Shown in pieces: positions 29,190 to 39,566 of a DNA stretch of 64,000 nucleotides. Source of the stretch: Elusimicrobiota bacterium (GTDB lineage Bacteria > Elusimicrobiota > Elusimicrobia > UBA1565 > UBA9628). Under the pieces are notes generated by a model, which worked only from the letters and a program-made list of their open reading frames with translations, ran no database searches and was not told where the DNA came from. Numbering within the stretch: position 1 is the first letter of the stretch; each line of letters opens with the position of its first letter. The DNA lies in contig JBBTJN010000011.1 in the NCBI GenBank assembly GCA_038059415.1, positions 7,150-71,149 of the forward strand, given 5' to 3'. A program made the translations under genes and the position numbers.

Positions 29190-31889
29190 ATGCCTAAACA
29201 CTTCCAAAAACTCGGGACGATCGCCTATCTCATCCTCTTCGTGGGGCTGGGCTTTTTTAACAAGATCGTGGGACTGGCATCTGATTATCTTTGGTTCAAG
29301 GAGATGGACCTCCTCTCGGTCTTCACGGTTACATTCCTCTCCAAATGGGGCCTGGGAATCCTGAGTGCCGTGGCCGCGTGGCTGGCAATATTCATCAACC
29401 TTCGCCTGGCTCAAAGATGGGCCAAACGCGGAGTGATCGTAGTCAGCAAGGATGAGATCGCAACCATCCCCCAGCTACATGAAATCCGAGAAAAGGCCGG
29501 CCCCCTTCTTCTTCTCGGCAGCGCGGCCGCTGCGTTCTTCATCGGTTCATGGTCCGCCTCGCACTGGGACAACATCCTTATGTTCCGCCATGCCGTGCCC
29601 TTCGGTTCGCAGGACCCGATCTTCAACAAGGACATAGGCTTCTATGTATTCTCCCTGCCCTTTTACAGGTTCGTCCATGGTTTCTTTCAAGGGACGGTTC
29701 TCTTGTCGGGCCTTGTCACCCTCGTCCTCTACGTCCTAGAGGGCAAACTGGTTCTGACAGGCAGAGGCCTCAAAACCACTCCCTGGGTCAGAAACCACCT
29801 GGCCTTCCTCGGGGCGCTGATCTGTCTTTTGACGGCCTTCCACTTCCAGCTCAAGATTTATGGTCTCTTGAACATCCAGCGGTCGGTCGCGCCCGGGCCG
29901 GGCTACGCGGACCTGACCGCCTATCTTCCCGCTCTCAAAGGCTTGAGGTTCGTCGCGATAGTCTCCGCCCTGCTCCTCTGGGCCAGCCCGTTCTTCCAAA
30001 GCGCTAAGTTGGTGCTGGCTGGAACGGGCCTATTGGTTATGGGAAGCCTTTTGTCCGGTTTGTTCAGCGGCGTCGTCCAACGCTTCATCGTGGCTCCCAA
30101 CGAAATCGTCAAGGAAACACCGTATATACGATGGGCTATTGAATTCACCCGCAAAGCTTACGGGATAGATCAAATCCAAGAACTCGAGTTTGAACCGACC
30201 GAGAACCTGACGCCGCAGGTCCTCAAGCGCAACGACCTCACCGTCAAGAATATCCGCCTTTGGGATCATGCGCCCCTGCTGACGACCTATGGCCAGCTCC
30301 AGGAGATCCGCACCTACTACGATTTCATGGACGTGGACAATGACCGATACTACGTCAACGGCGAGTACCGCCAGGTGATGCTTTCTCCGCGGGAACTCAA
30401 TCCCGCCGCCCTGCCTAGCCGCATCTGGATCAACGAGAACTTGACCTACACCCACGGCTACGGCCTGACTCTGGGCCCCGTCAACCGCATATCGCCCGAG
30501 GGCCTACCTGAGTTCTTCATCAAGGACATCCCTCCCCAAGCCTCGACGAACCTCGAGGTCACGCGCCCAGAAATCTACTATGGCGAGGCCAAGGGAAACT
30601 ACGTCATCGTCAACACCGAGTCCAAGGAGTTCGACTACCCTTCCGGAGACGAAAACATCTACACCAACTACCAAGGGACAGGAGGGGTGTCCATCCATGG
30701 GTTCTTGAAGAAGCTCTTATTCGCCCTGCGCTTCAAGGAGCTCAAAATCCTTCTGTCCGGCGATATGACGCCGGCAAGTAAAATCCTATACCACAGAAAC
30801 ATCCAGGAGCGGCTGTCCAAGGCCGCACCCTTCCTGCGCTACGACCAGGACGCCTACCTCGTCCTCTCCGACAAGGGGAGACTTTTCTGGATCGTGGACG
30901 CCTACACGGCCACCGACAACTATCCCTATTCCGAAAGGATCAGGGGTGTGGGCAATTATATCCGGAACTCGGTCAAGGCCGTCGTGGACGCCTACAATGG
31001 GGACATTTCCTTCTATGTCACCGAGGACAGCGATCCAATCATTCAAACCTACGCAAATATTTTCCCAAATACCTTCAAGCCCATATCCGAGATGCCCCAG
31101 GACTTGAGGAGCCACATCCGCTATCCCCAGGACCTGTTCTCCATCCAGGCCCACATCTATGCCACCTACCACATGACGGACCCGCAAGTCTTCTACAACA
31201 AGGAGGACCTCTGGAAGATTCCAGAAAAGAGCGTCGGCAACCAGGTTCAAAGGATGCCTCCCTACTACACCATTATGAAACTGGCCTCCGTGGGCAAGCA
31301 AGAAGAGTTCATCCTGATGGCGCCCTTTACCCCGGCCCGCAAGGAGAACATGATCGCCTGGATGGCCGCTCGGTGCGACGCTCCCAACTACGGGAAGCTC
31401 CTGGTCTATAACTTCCCCAAACAAAAAATGGTCTACGGACCACAACAGATCGAATCGCGCATTGACCAGGACGCAGAAATATCCAAGCAGCTCAGCCTCT
31501 GGAATCAGGGCGGCTCCAAGGTCATACGAGGCAGCCTGCTGGTGATCCCGGTGGAAAGCTCGCTCCTCTATGTCCAGCCACTGTACCTCGAGGCGACGGG
31601 TGGCGGACTGCCCGAGCTCAAACGTGTCATCGTGGTCTACGGCAACGCCATCGCCATGGAAGAGAATCTCGAAAAGTCCCTCAACAAAATATTCGACGGG
31701 AGGACGCAGGGAGCCCCGGTCGATGCTTCGCCAGGCTCGCGCGATCCCGGTATCAAGAGCCTGATCCGGCAAGCCCAGGAACGCTTCAGTAAAGCGCAGT
31801 CTCGTCTAAAGCAAGGCGATTTGGCAGGGTACGGGCAAGAGATGAAAGAGGTCGAGCGGTTGATCCAAAAAATGGCGGAGGTACCATAG
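29190..31889 (+). CDS. UPF0182 family membrane protein
   Basis: 899 aa with an N-terminal multi-TM region and a large soluble part. YTHGYG, RYPQDLFSIQAHIYATYHMTDPQVFYNKEDLW and LYVQPLYL are typical of UPF0182. AAGGG lies 8 nt before the ATG. Confidence 0.85.
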   Translation: MPKHFQKLGTIAYLILFVGLGFFNKIVGLASDYLWFKEMDLLSVFTVTFLSKWGLGILSAVAAWLAIFINLRLAQRWAKRGVIVVSKDEIATIPQLHEIREKAGPLLLLGSAAAAFFIGSWSASHWDNILMFRHAVPFGSQDPIFNKDIGFYVFSLPFYRFVHGFFQGTVLLSGLVTLVLYVLEGKLVLTGRGLKTTPWVRNHLAFLGALICLLTAFHFQLKIYGLLNIQRSVAPGPGYADLTAYLPALKGLRFVAIVSALLLWASPFFQSAKLVLAGTGLLVMGSLLSGLFSGVVQRFIVAPNEIVKETPYIRWAIEFTRKAYGIDQIQELEFEPTENLTPQVLKRNDLTVKNIRLWDHAPLLTTYGQLQEIRTYYDFMDVDNDRYYVNGEYRQVMLSPRELNPAALPSRIWINENLTYTHGYGLTLGPVNRISPEGLPEFFIKDIPPQASTNLEVTRPEIYYGEAKGNYVIVNTESKEFDYPSGDENIYTNYQGTGGVSIHGFLKKLLFALRFKELKILLSGDMTPASKILYHRNIQERLSKAAPFLRYDQDAYLVLSDKGRLFWIVDAYTATDNYPYSERIRGVGNYIRNSVKAVVDAYNGDISFYVTEDSDPIIQTYANIFPNTFKPISEMPQDLRSHIRYPQDLFSIQAHIYATYHMTDPQVFYNKEDLWKIPEKSVGNQVQRMPPYYTIMKLASVGKQEEFILMAPFTPARKENMIAWMAARCDAPNYGKLLVYNFPKQKMVYGPQQIESRIDQDAEISKQLSLWNQGGSKVIRGSLLVIPVESSLLYVQPLYLEATGGGLPELKRVIVVYGNAIAMEENLEKSLNKIFDGRTQGAPVDASPGSRDPGIKSLIRQAQERFSKAQSRLKQGDLAGYGQEMKEVERLIQKMAEVP

Positions 31890-31953
31890 AGTCATGATCC
31901 CCGACACATATAGACGTTCAGATAGCAGATCCCGGACCCCAAAGGAGTCAGGC

Positions 31954-32082
31954 ATGCCAAAACACGCCAGGCTCATGACTGTCTTCGGTGTCATTTTTAT
32001 CCTTTGCGGGTTTCTCGGGTGGGCGTCCACCGGCTTTGAGGCGCGCGCTAAGACCGACGGGGACATCTCTCGTCATCTTTAA
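31954..32082 (+). CDS. Possible 42-aa single-TM peptide
   Basis: AAAGGAG lies 6 nt upstream of the ATG at 31954. Product MPKHARLMTVFGVIFILCGFLGW.... No recognisable homology. Confidence 0.3.
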   Translation: MPKHARLMTVFGVIFILCGFLGWASTGFEARAKTDGDISRHL

Positions 32083-32247
32083 ACTCGCCGGCGAGTCCTC
32101 GGCACTTGTCGATGAGATCGCCCTCGTCCTCGAGAAACCGAGCGAGGCCTGGATCTAGGCTGAAAATACGAGGCTGAGGCAGGTGAGTTCGCAGTCCGCA
32201 ATCACGTGGCTCGGCCAGCAGACCAACGCGATCATTTCAGGCGCGGC

Positions 32248-32496
32248 TTACTTCGGGCTCATCAGCCCCGGAACGACGGGGTTGTTCTTACCGAAGAGTT
32301 CTAGCACGACAGGATCGGTCTTCGGGGACTTATTGACGAAGCCACGGATCTCCTCGGGGACGAGCGCGGGATTCAGATAGACGGCGTGATCGTGGTCGAG
32401 CTGGCTGTCGAGCGAGGTCTGGTCGCCGGCGACCGTCGCGGTCGGAACCATCTTGATGGTCTCCCACGGACAGTCCATTATCGTCGAGGAAATCAT
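32248..32496 (-). CDS. Truncated ferredoxin paralogue (copy B): C-terminal tail only, no Fe-S cluster motifs
   Basis: 82-aa intact ORF MISSTIMDCPWETIKMVPTATVAGDQTSLDSQ.... Of 25 aligned residues, 22 are identical to the 40275..40727 ferredoxin. Nt 32440-32476 are identical to 40470-40506. Confidence 0.5.
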   Translation of the reverse strand: MISSTIMDCPWETIKMVPTATVAGDQTSLDSQLDHDHAVYLNPALVPEEIRGFVNKSPKTDPVVLELFGKNNPVVPGLMSPK

Positions 32497-32653
32497 ATCT
32501 TGCTACCCAATCTGCCACCCATCCAAGTGTCGCAGTCCCAATCACAGGCAACTTCTATCATCTTGCCCCTCGGCTAAACCCATAAAATCAACCCTTAACC
32601 GTATCAACGAACGCCTGTTTCATAACATCCGCGAGGGAAGCAAAGCAATTTTC

Positions 32654-32682
32654 GGGACAGGGACGCCAGAAATTGGCATAAT
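32654..32682 (+). promoter_or_regulatory. Candidate promoter of the phoB-like gene (leaderless geometry)
   Basis: GGGACA (32654-59), a 17-nt spacer, then TGgCATAAT (32674-82). The ATG at 32690 is 7 nt downstream and no SD is present. Confidence 0.35.
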
Positions 32683-32689
32683 AAAATAT

Positions 32690-33373
32690 ATGGCGGGCGA
32701 GAAGATCCTGATTGTGGAGGATGAGAAGCATCTGGTGAAGATCCTCAAATATAACCTTGAAAAAGAGGATTATCGGGTTTCGATCGCCGGGGATGGGGAG
32801 GCCGGGCTGGCACTGTGTCGTCATGAGAAACCCGATCTGGTAATCCTCGACGTCATGCTGCCCAAGCTGGACGGTTTTGAGTTCTGCAAAGCCGTCAGGC
32901 AATCCGCGAAAACCCCGATCCTAATGTTGACGGCAAAGACCGGCGAGATCGACAAGGTGCTGGGATTGGAGCTTGGGGCCGACGACTATGTAACCAAGCC
33001 GTTCAGCGTGCGGGAAGTATTGGCCCGCATCAAGGCCATCCTGAGACGCGTCGGTGATAAGGAATCCGACAAACCAGTGATTCTCATCGGCGGCCTTGAG
33101 GTCGATCTGGAAAGATACGTGGTTCGGGTGGAAGGCGCCCCGGTTTCTCTGAGCCCGAAGGAATTCGACTTCTTGAAGTGCCTCCTGCAAGCTGACGGTC
33201 GAGCGATGACACGGGACCAGCTCCTCGAAAAGGTCTGGGGCTACGACAAATCGATGGAGATCGACACCACCACCATCGACCAACACATCGCCCGCCTCCG
33301 GGGCAAACTGGGGAGCGAGGCCAGTCGGATCGTCACTGTGAAAAACGTCGGTTACCGCATTAATATGGATTGA
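32690..33373 (+). CDS. phoB: OmpR/PhoB-family response regulator
   Basis: Receiver domain (KILIVEDE...DLVILDVMLPKLDG) plus a winged-helix domain (LSPKEFDFLKCLL...VKNVGYR). Lies upstream of a PhoR-like kinase and pstSCAB-phoU. Confidence 0.85.
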   Translation: MAGEKILIVEDEKHLVKILKYNLEKEDYRVSIAGDGEAGLALCRHEKPDLVILDVMLPKLDGFEFCKAVRQSAKTPILMLTAKTGEIDKVLGLELGADDYVTKPFSVREVLARIKAILRRVGDKESDKPVILIGGLEVDLERYVVRVEGAPVSLSPKEFDFLKCLLQADGRAMTRDQLLEKVWGYDKSMEIDTTTIDQHIARLRGKLGSEASRIVTVKNVGYRINMD

Positions 33374-35166
33374 TCGTGGCTCACTGGGTCTTTCGCAAGT
33401 TCTCCCGCAAACTCTCCCTGATGGTCGGCGTGATCCTTGTGTGCGCCATGGCGCTGACCGACCTATTGCTGACCCGTGCACTGCGGCGACAATTCATCGA
33501 TGAAGTCGCATCGAACCTCTTGGTCCAGGCCGACCTCATTGAGATGCAGTTGCGGTCAAAAACCTTCTCAAAGAAAGCCGGCGGCGAACTCCAAAGCATG
33601 GCCAAACAGTATGACCGGACGTGCGACTGCCGAGTCACCTTCGTCAGCAAGGACGGGGCGGTGCTCGCGGATTCCAGCCTAACCACTGACGAGATCATCC
33701 GCATGGAAAACCATAAAGGAAGGCCGGAAATCAGCACGGCGCTTGCCGGTAGCCCGGGACATTCCATCCGGTACAGCGAAACCATCCGGCAGGACATGCT
33801 CTATGCTGCAACCCCGCTTCGTCTTAACGGCACGGTGCATGGCGTGGTACGCGTGGCCATGTCCCTGGCTCAAGTCGAGCAGAAAATCGCAGGCGTACGC
33901 AAGACCATCGCCACAATCACGATATTCATGATTCTTGCTGCGATACTGGCCTCCCTTTGGATGTCGCGTTCAATCAGCCAGCCCCTGGCAGAGATGTCCC
34001 GTATCGCCGAAAAACTGGCGCAAGGGGATTACAGCGCACGGGTCCGGCCCCGTTTGCCCGATGAGCACGGACAATTAGGGGCCACATTGAACCTCCTCGC
34101 GCAGAAGGTTCAATCAGCTATTCATGCCCTCTCCCAGGAAAAAGCCCATCTTTCCGCCATTCTCTCCAACATGACCGAAGCGGTGATCGCCGTGGACGAA
34201 ACCGGACATGTGCTTGCGGTCAACCCCGCCCTGACGCGTTTATTCGGCATCCAGCCTCAGGAGTGCGTCGGCAAGCCTTTCCTGGAAGTCATCCGCAACA
34301 ACAGGCTTAGCGCCCTGTTGAACATTGTCATCAAGGATTCCACGCGCCAGCAGGATGAAGTGAAGGTCTTGGCTCCAGAAGAAGCCGTCTTTGAAGCTCA
34401 GGCCGTTCCCCTGCTCATGGAAGAACGCTGCATCGGCGCTCTCCTGGTTTTGCATGACATAACGCGCCTGCGCCAACTCGAACAGATCCGCAAGGATTTC
34501 GTGGCCAACGTTTCCCACGAGATCAAGACGCCGCTGGCCTCCATCAAAGCCTTCGCGGAAACTTTACGCACCGGGGCCATCGACGATCCCGCGAACCGCA
34601 AGGAATTCGTTGAGATCATCGAGAAGGACGCAGACAGGATGATGCGGCTTGTAGACGACCTGCTTGAGCTTTCCTCTATCGAATCGGGCCGCAGAGCTCC
34701 CAATTTTGAGCCTGTCGCTCTGGCGGAATGCGCGATGGCAGTGGCCGCCAGCCTTGCGCCTCTTGCCGACCGTAAGCAGGTGCGTGTCGACATTCGGATT
34801 CCGGACAATCTCCCACTTCTCCGCGCGGACAATGGCCAATTGCGGCAGGTTCTCACCAATCTACTGGACAATGCCATTAAGTTCAACAAGGACGAAGGCA
34901 GCGTAACTGTTAAGGCATCGGCCAACCAGCGCATCGTCACCGTCGTAGTCCAGGATACCGGCTCGGGAATCACCGCCGAGAATCTGCCGCGCATATTCGA
35001 GCGCTTCTACCGCGTAGACAAAGCTCGTTCCTGCGAACTCGGTGGCACCGGCTTGGGCTTGGCCATCGTCAAACACATTATTGATGCCCATGGCGGCTCC
35101 GTCGGCGTCGAGAGCAAACCAGGCCAAGGCTCCACATTCCGCTTCACTCTGCCCACCGCCGCATAA
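33370..35166 (+). CDS. phoR: PhoR-like sensor histidine kinase (TM-HAMP-PAS-HisKA-HATPase)
   Basis: The TTG at 33370 overlaps the regulator stop. H-box FVANVSHEIKTPL. N, G1 and G2 boxes (NLLDNAIKF, DTGSGI, GGTGLGLAIV). Confidence 0.85.
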   Translation: MIVAHWVFRKFSRKLSLMVGVILVCAMALTDLLLTRALRRQFIDEVASNLLVQADLIEMQLRSKTFSKKAGGELQSMAKQYDRTCDCRVTFVSKDGAVLADSSLTTDEIIRMENHKGRPEISTALAGSPGHSIRYSETIRQDMLYAATPLRLNGTVHGVVRVAMSLAQVEQKIAGVRKTIATITIFMILAAILASLWMSRSISQPLAEMSRIAEKLAQGDYSARVRPRLPDEHGQLGATLNLLAQKVQSAIHALSQEKAHLSAILSNMTEAVIAVDETGHVLAVNPALTRLFGIQPQECVGKPFLEVIRNNRLSALLNIVIKDSTRQQDEVKVLAPEEAVFEAQAVPLLMEERCIGALLVLHDITRLRQLEQIRKDFVANVSHEIKTPLASIKAFAETLRTGAIDDPANRKEFVEIIEKDADRMMRLVDDLLELSSIESGRRAPNFEPVALAECAMAVAASLAPLADRKQVRVDIRIPDNLPLLRADNGQLRQVLTNLLDNAIKFNKDEGSVTVKASANQRIVTVVVQDTGSGITAENLPRIFERFYRVDKARSCELGGTGLGLAIVKHIIDAHGGSVGVESKPGQGSTFRFTLPTAA

Positions 35167-35177
35167 GCGCCACACCT

Positions 35178-35199
35178 CCGTCATTCAAAAGTCATTCGG
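35178..35199 (+). promoter_or_regulatory. Pho-box-like direct repeat upstream of pstS
   Basis: In CCGTCATTCAAAAGTCATTCGG, GTCATTC occurs at 35180 and 35191, an 11-bp period with an A-rich spacer. This resembles the E. coli CTGTCAT-N4-CTGTCAT Pho box. It lies 75-95 nt upstream of the pstS ATG. Confidence 0.4.
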
Positions 35200-35271
35200 G
35201 ATAGAGCCCGCTTCTATGGAGCGTGCTAATCGCAGCCGATATACTGAAAGTGGAAAAATGGGAAGAAATAG

Positions 35272-36141
35272 ATGAACACAAGAGCAATCAAGGCGGCTGC
35301 CATCCTGCTCAGCGCAGGTTTCATGACCGGCACGGCCTACGCCGCCGGCAAGACAGTGACGATCAAGGGCTCCGACACGATGGTCATCTTGGGCCAACGC
35401 TGGGCGGAAGAATACATGAAGGCGCATCCGGGCGTGATCATCCAGGTCACAGGCGGAGGCTCGGGGACCGGTATCGCCGCCCTCATCAACGGCTCGACCG
35501 ATATTGCCGAGGCTTCGCGCCCCATGAAGCCGGAGGAAAAGGCTTCTGTAAAAAAGAAGCACGGCAAGGACGTCGAGGAGATTCCTGTGGCCCAGGATAG
35601 TCTGGCCATTTATGTCCATCAGTCTAACTCCCTCAAGACCATCACCCTAGCCCAGGCCAAGGCCATCTATACAGGGAAGATGACGAAGTGGGACGAACTC
35701 GGGGTCAAGCTCGGCCAGATCATAGCCTACGGCCGCGAGAACAACTCCGGGACCTATGCCTACTTCAAGGAGCATGTACTCGGTAACCAGGACTTTGCCC
35801 CTGAGATACTTAGCTTACCCGGCACGGCCGCAGTCATCAACGCTATCAGCAAGGACAAGATCGCCATCGGCTACGGCGGCATCGCCTACGGCAAGGGCAT
35901 CCGGGAGCTCAGCGTCAGCAAGGACGAGAAGAGTCCGGCCATCACCCCGACCATGGCAAACGTGCTCAACGGCTCTTATCCCCTTTCCCGTGCCTTGTAC
36001 TTCTACACGGCAGGCAAACCCGAGGGCGAGGAGAAGCTCTTCATCGACTGGGTCCTCGGACCAGAGGGACAGAAGATATGCGACCAAGTGGGATACTATC
36101 CCCTCAAGCAGGCTAAGAAACCCGCAAAGAAAAAGTCATGA
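35272..36141 (+). CDS. pstS: Phosphate ABC transporter substrate-binding protein
   Basis: Signal peptide followed by GSDTMV...VTGGGSGTGIAAL...GTYAYF motifs typical of PstS. First gene of the pst operon. Confidence 0.9.
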   Translation: MNTRAIKAAAILLSAGFMTGTAYAAGKTVTIKGSDTMVILGQRWAEEYMKAHPGVIIQVTGGGSGTGIAALINGSTDIAEASRPMKPEEKASVKKKHGKDVEEIPVAQDSLAIYVHQSNSLKTITLAQAKAIYTGKMTKWDELGVKLGQIIAYGRENNSGTYAYFKEHVLGNQDFAPEILSLPGTAAVINAISKDKIAIGYGGIAYGKGIRELSVSKDEKSPAITPTMANVLNGSYPLSRALYFYTAGKPEGEEKLFIDWVLGPEGQKICDQVGYYPLKQAKKPAKKKS

Positions 36142-37145
36142 AAAGAGCGGAAGGCGTGCCTGTTGAAGCGACCGGACCAGTGGGGCCGACGTTGGCCCTG
36201 CCGGTTTCCGTCCGGGGCCGACCACGCAGACGCATTACGGAAGCAGTTATAGAAGGGATCATCCGCGCGAGCGCTTATTCCGCCATCATCGGACTTTTCC
36301 TCATCTTCGTGTTCATCGGAAAAGAAGCGCTGCCCATCTTCACCTCCTCGGAGGTGCGCAAGGAAGCCAACATCTCCAAACTGTTCCTGCCCCAGGATCA
36401 GGCCCATCCTTACTCCTGGCAGCCGGTTTCCGAGGTCCCGAAGTACTCCATACTGCCTCTTTTCATCGGGACTTTGAAGGTGACCTTAGTCGCCATCCTG
36501 TTCGCGATTCCGCTGGCCCTGGGCGCAGCCCTGTTCACATCGGAGTTTTCCCCGGACTGGCTCAAGGAATTCATCAAGCCGATCATTGAAATTCTTGCAG
36601 GAATCCCATCCGTGGTGCTTGGATTCTTTGCGCTCATGGTCATGGCGAGCTATGTACAGGATGCCTTTGGCATCGTCTATCGTCTCAACGCCATCAACGC
36701 CGGGATAGCCCTGGGCTTGGCGGTAATACCAATCGTCTACACGGTCGCCGATGACGCCCTGACAGCCGTCCCTAAGAGTTATCGGGAAGCATCCATCGCT
36801 ATGGGCGCTTCCTCGTGGCAGACCGCCTGGCTGGTCGTGTTCCCAGCTGCCCTTCCCGGCGTTCTGGCCGCCTGCGTGTTGGGCTTCGGGCGGGCCATCG
36901 GGGAGACGATGATCGTCCTTATGGCGTCGGGGAATGCTCCGATTATGTCCTTGGCACTAGCCAAACCGGTACGCAGCCTGTCTGCCACCATCGCGGCCGA
37001 GTTGGGTGAAGTCGTGATCGGCAGCGCACATTACCACGTCCTCTTCTTCATCGGCACTTGCCTCTTTATTTTCACGTTCGTCCTGAATATGTTCGCACAC
37101 TGGTTTATCACCCGGCTACAGAAGAGGATATTGGGGACGACATGA
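36138..37145 (+). CDS. pstC: Phosphate ABC transporter permease PstC
   Basis: Polytopic ORF with an EAS-loop-like YREASIAMGASSWQT. Its start overlaps the pstS stop. Confidence 0.9.
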   Translation: MKRAEGVPVEATGPVGPTLALPVSVRGRPRRRITEAVIEGIIRASAYSAIIGLFLIFVFIGKEALPIFTSSEVRKEANISKLFLPQDQAHPYSWQPVSEVPKYSILPLFIGTLKVTLVAILFAIPLALGAALFTSEFSPDWLKEFIKPIIEILAGIPSVVLGFFALMVMASYVQDAFGIVYRLNAINAGIALGLAVIPIVYTVADDALTAVPKSYREASIAMGASSWQTAWLVVFPAALPGVLAACVLGFGRAIGETMIVLMASGNAPIMSLALAKPVRSLSATIAAELGEVVIGSAHYHVLFFIGTCLFIFTFVLNMFAHWFITRLQKRILGTT

Positions 37146-38032
37146 TCGGGAAACTCTTCGTCGCATTGACTGCGTTTTGCTGCCTGATAATCGTGGTACT
37201 GGTGGCTGCCATCCTCGGGGACATCGCCTATTTTGGGTGGGAACGCCTGAGCCTGCAATTCTTGATAGCCGCGCCGCAGCAAGGCATGGCCGAAGGCGGT
37301 ATATTTCCGGCAATCTTCGGGACGTTCTTCCTGGTTCTCTTGATGACCATCGCGGTCATCCCACTGGGTGTCATGACCGCAATTTATCTTCATGAATACG
37401 CTCCAAAGAAGTCCGCCATGGTCCGCTGGATCAGGCTGGCCATAGAGAATCTCGCCGGTGTGCCGGCCATTGTCTTCGGGCTCTTCGGGCTGGGTTTCTT
37501 TATTGAATTCGTCGGCAGGGGCATGGACCGCATCTTCCTGAACGACCAGCTGACTTTTGGCCAGCCTGCCATCATTTGGGCGGCGATGACCCTGGCCCTT
37601 CTAACCCTCCCGACTGTCGTCGTGGCCACGGAAGAGGCGCTCCGGGCCATACCGGCCTCCCACAGAGAGGTGGCATATTCCCTGGGAGCCACACGCCTGC
37701 AGATGGTGCGCAGGGTCGTCCTGCCGCAATCCATCGGAGGCATCCTGACGGGCGGCATCTTAGCCATCAGCCGCGGCGCTGGAGAAGTTGCGCCGATCCT
37801 CTTTACCGGCGCGGCCTATTTCTTGCCATATCTGCCCAAGAAGCTCAACGACCAGTTCATGGAGCTCGGCTACCACATCTACGTGCTGGCCACCCAGTCG
37901 CCGGATGTCGAGAAGACCAAGCCCATCCTCTATTCGACCGTTTTCGTTCTGTTGGCGCTGACTTTCATGTTGAATTTCACGGCCATCTGGGTCAGGTCCA
38001 GAATCCGTCGCAAGTTGAGGATGGCAAAATGA
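37142..38032 (+). CDS. pstA: Phosphate ABC transporter permease PstA
   Basis: The ATG at 37142 overlaps the pstC stop (ATGA). HREVAYSLGATRLQM permease motif. The listed 37058 start is an upstream extension. Confidence 0.9.
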   Translation: MIGKLFVALTAFCCLIIVVLVAAILGDIAYFGWERLSLQFLIAAPQQGMAEGGIFPAIFGTFFLVLLMTIAVIPLGVMTAIYLHEYAPKKSAMVRWIRLAIENLAGVPAIVFGLFGLGFFIEFVGRGMDRIFLNDQLTFGQPAIIWAAMTLALLTLPTVVVATEEALRAIPASHREVAYSLGATRLQMVRRVVLPQSIGGILTGGILAISRGAGEVAPILFTGAAYFLPYLPKKLNDQFMELGYHIYVLATQSPDVEKTKPILYSTVFVLLALTFMLNFTAIWVRSRIRRKLRMAK

Positions 38033-38786
38033 AGGAGCCAAACAGGCTGCAAATCGAGCATCTCAGTATCCGAGCGGGTGAACAGGACATCCTGCGTTCT
38101 GTTTCTCTGCAAGTGAGCCTGGGTGAGATACTCGGCATCATCGGCCCGGCTGGAAGCGGGAAGACGACGTTCCTCCGGGCGCTTAACAGACTCATCGACC
38201 TCGACGAGGGGCTGGAAGTTTCCGGCGACATCCAGCTCAACGGAATATCCATCCTGGACAAGAGGGCCGACGAGGTCGACATCCGCAGAAAGATCGGCCT
38301 GGTCTTTTCGGTCCCAACGCCCCTCCCAATGTCCATCTTTGACAATCTTGCCTTCGGGCCAAGACTCAACGGCGTAATGAAGATCAGCGAACTGAAGCGA
38401 AGGATGGAGGCCAGCCTCAAATCCGCATATCTTTGGGACGAGGTCAAAGATCGGCTAAGCGAACCCGCCGTCAACCTCTCCGGCGGCCAACTACAACGAC
38501 TTTGCCTGGCCAGAACCCTCATGATGGAGCCCGCGGTACTGCTTCTGGACGAGCCCTGCTCCGGCCTGGACCCGATTTCCACCGCACAGATTGAGGAAGC
38601 CCTAAAAGTCCTCAAGAACGACATGGCCATCATCCTGGTCACCAACAACGTCAAGCAGGCCTCGCGGGTGGCCGACAAAACCGCTTTCCTGCTACTGGGA
38701 GAGTTGGTAGAGTTCGCCCCAACCCAAGTGATTTTCACCACACCCAAAGACAAGAGGACGGAGGATTACGTCACGGGGAGGTTCGG

Positions 38787-38790
<4 letters not shown>
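38029..38790 (+). CDS. pstB: PstB-like ATPase, divergent copy (Q-loop and H-loop substituted, signature intact)
   Basis: ATG at 38029 (ATGA overlap). Walker A GPAGSGKT, signature LSGGQLQR and Walker B LLLDEP are present. However it has VFSVPTP in place of VFQ.PNP and VTNN in place of VTHN. Confidence 0.85.
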
Positions 38791-39554
<764 letters not shown>

Positions 39555-39566
39555 GGGGGAGGATTT

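Noticed and set aside
31954-32082. The 42-aa ORF starts MPKH..., like the UPF0182 protein (MPKHFQKLG...). The first 12 nt are nearly identical, suggesting a duplicated 5' end.
   Set aside because: Similarity does not extend beyond the first four codons apart from general hydrophobicity. This is most likely coincidence.
32083-32247. Protein-like minus-strand frame (LDPGLARFLEDEGDLIDKCRGLAGEFKDDERCPRRS*) downstream of ferredoxin copy B. It could be a gene relic such as an integrase remnant.
   Set aside because: It has no start codon, no match to anything I recognise and no similarity to the regions downstream of copies A or C. It cannot be supported as a feature.
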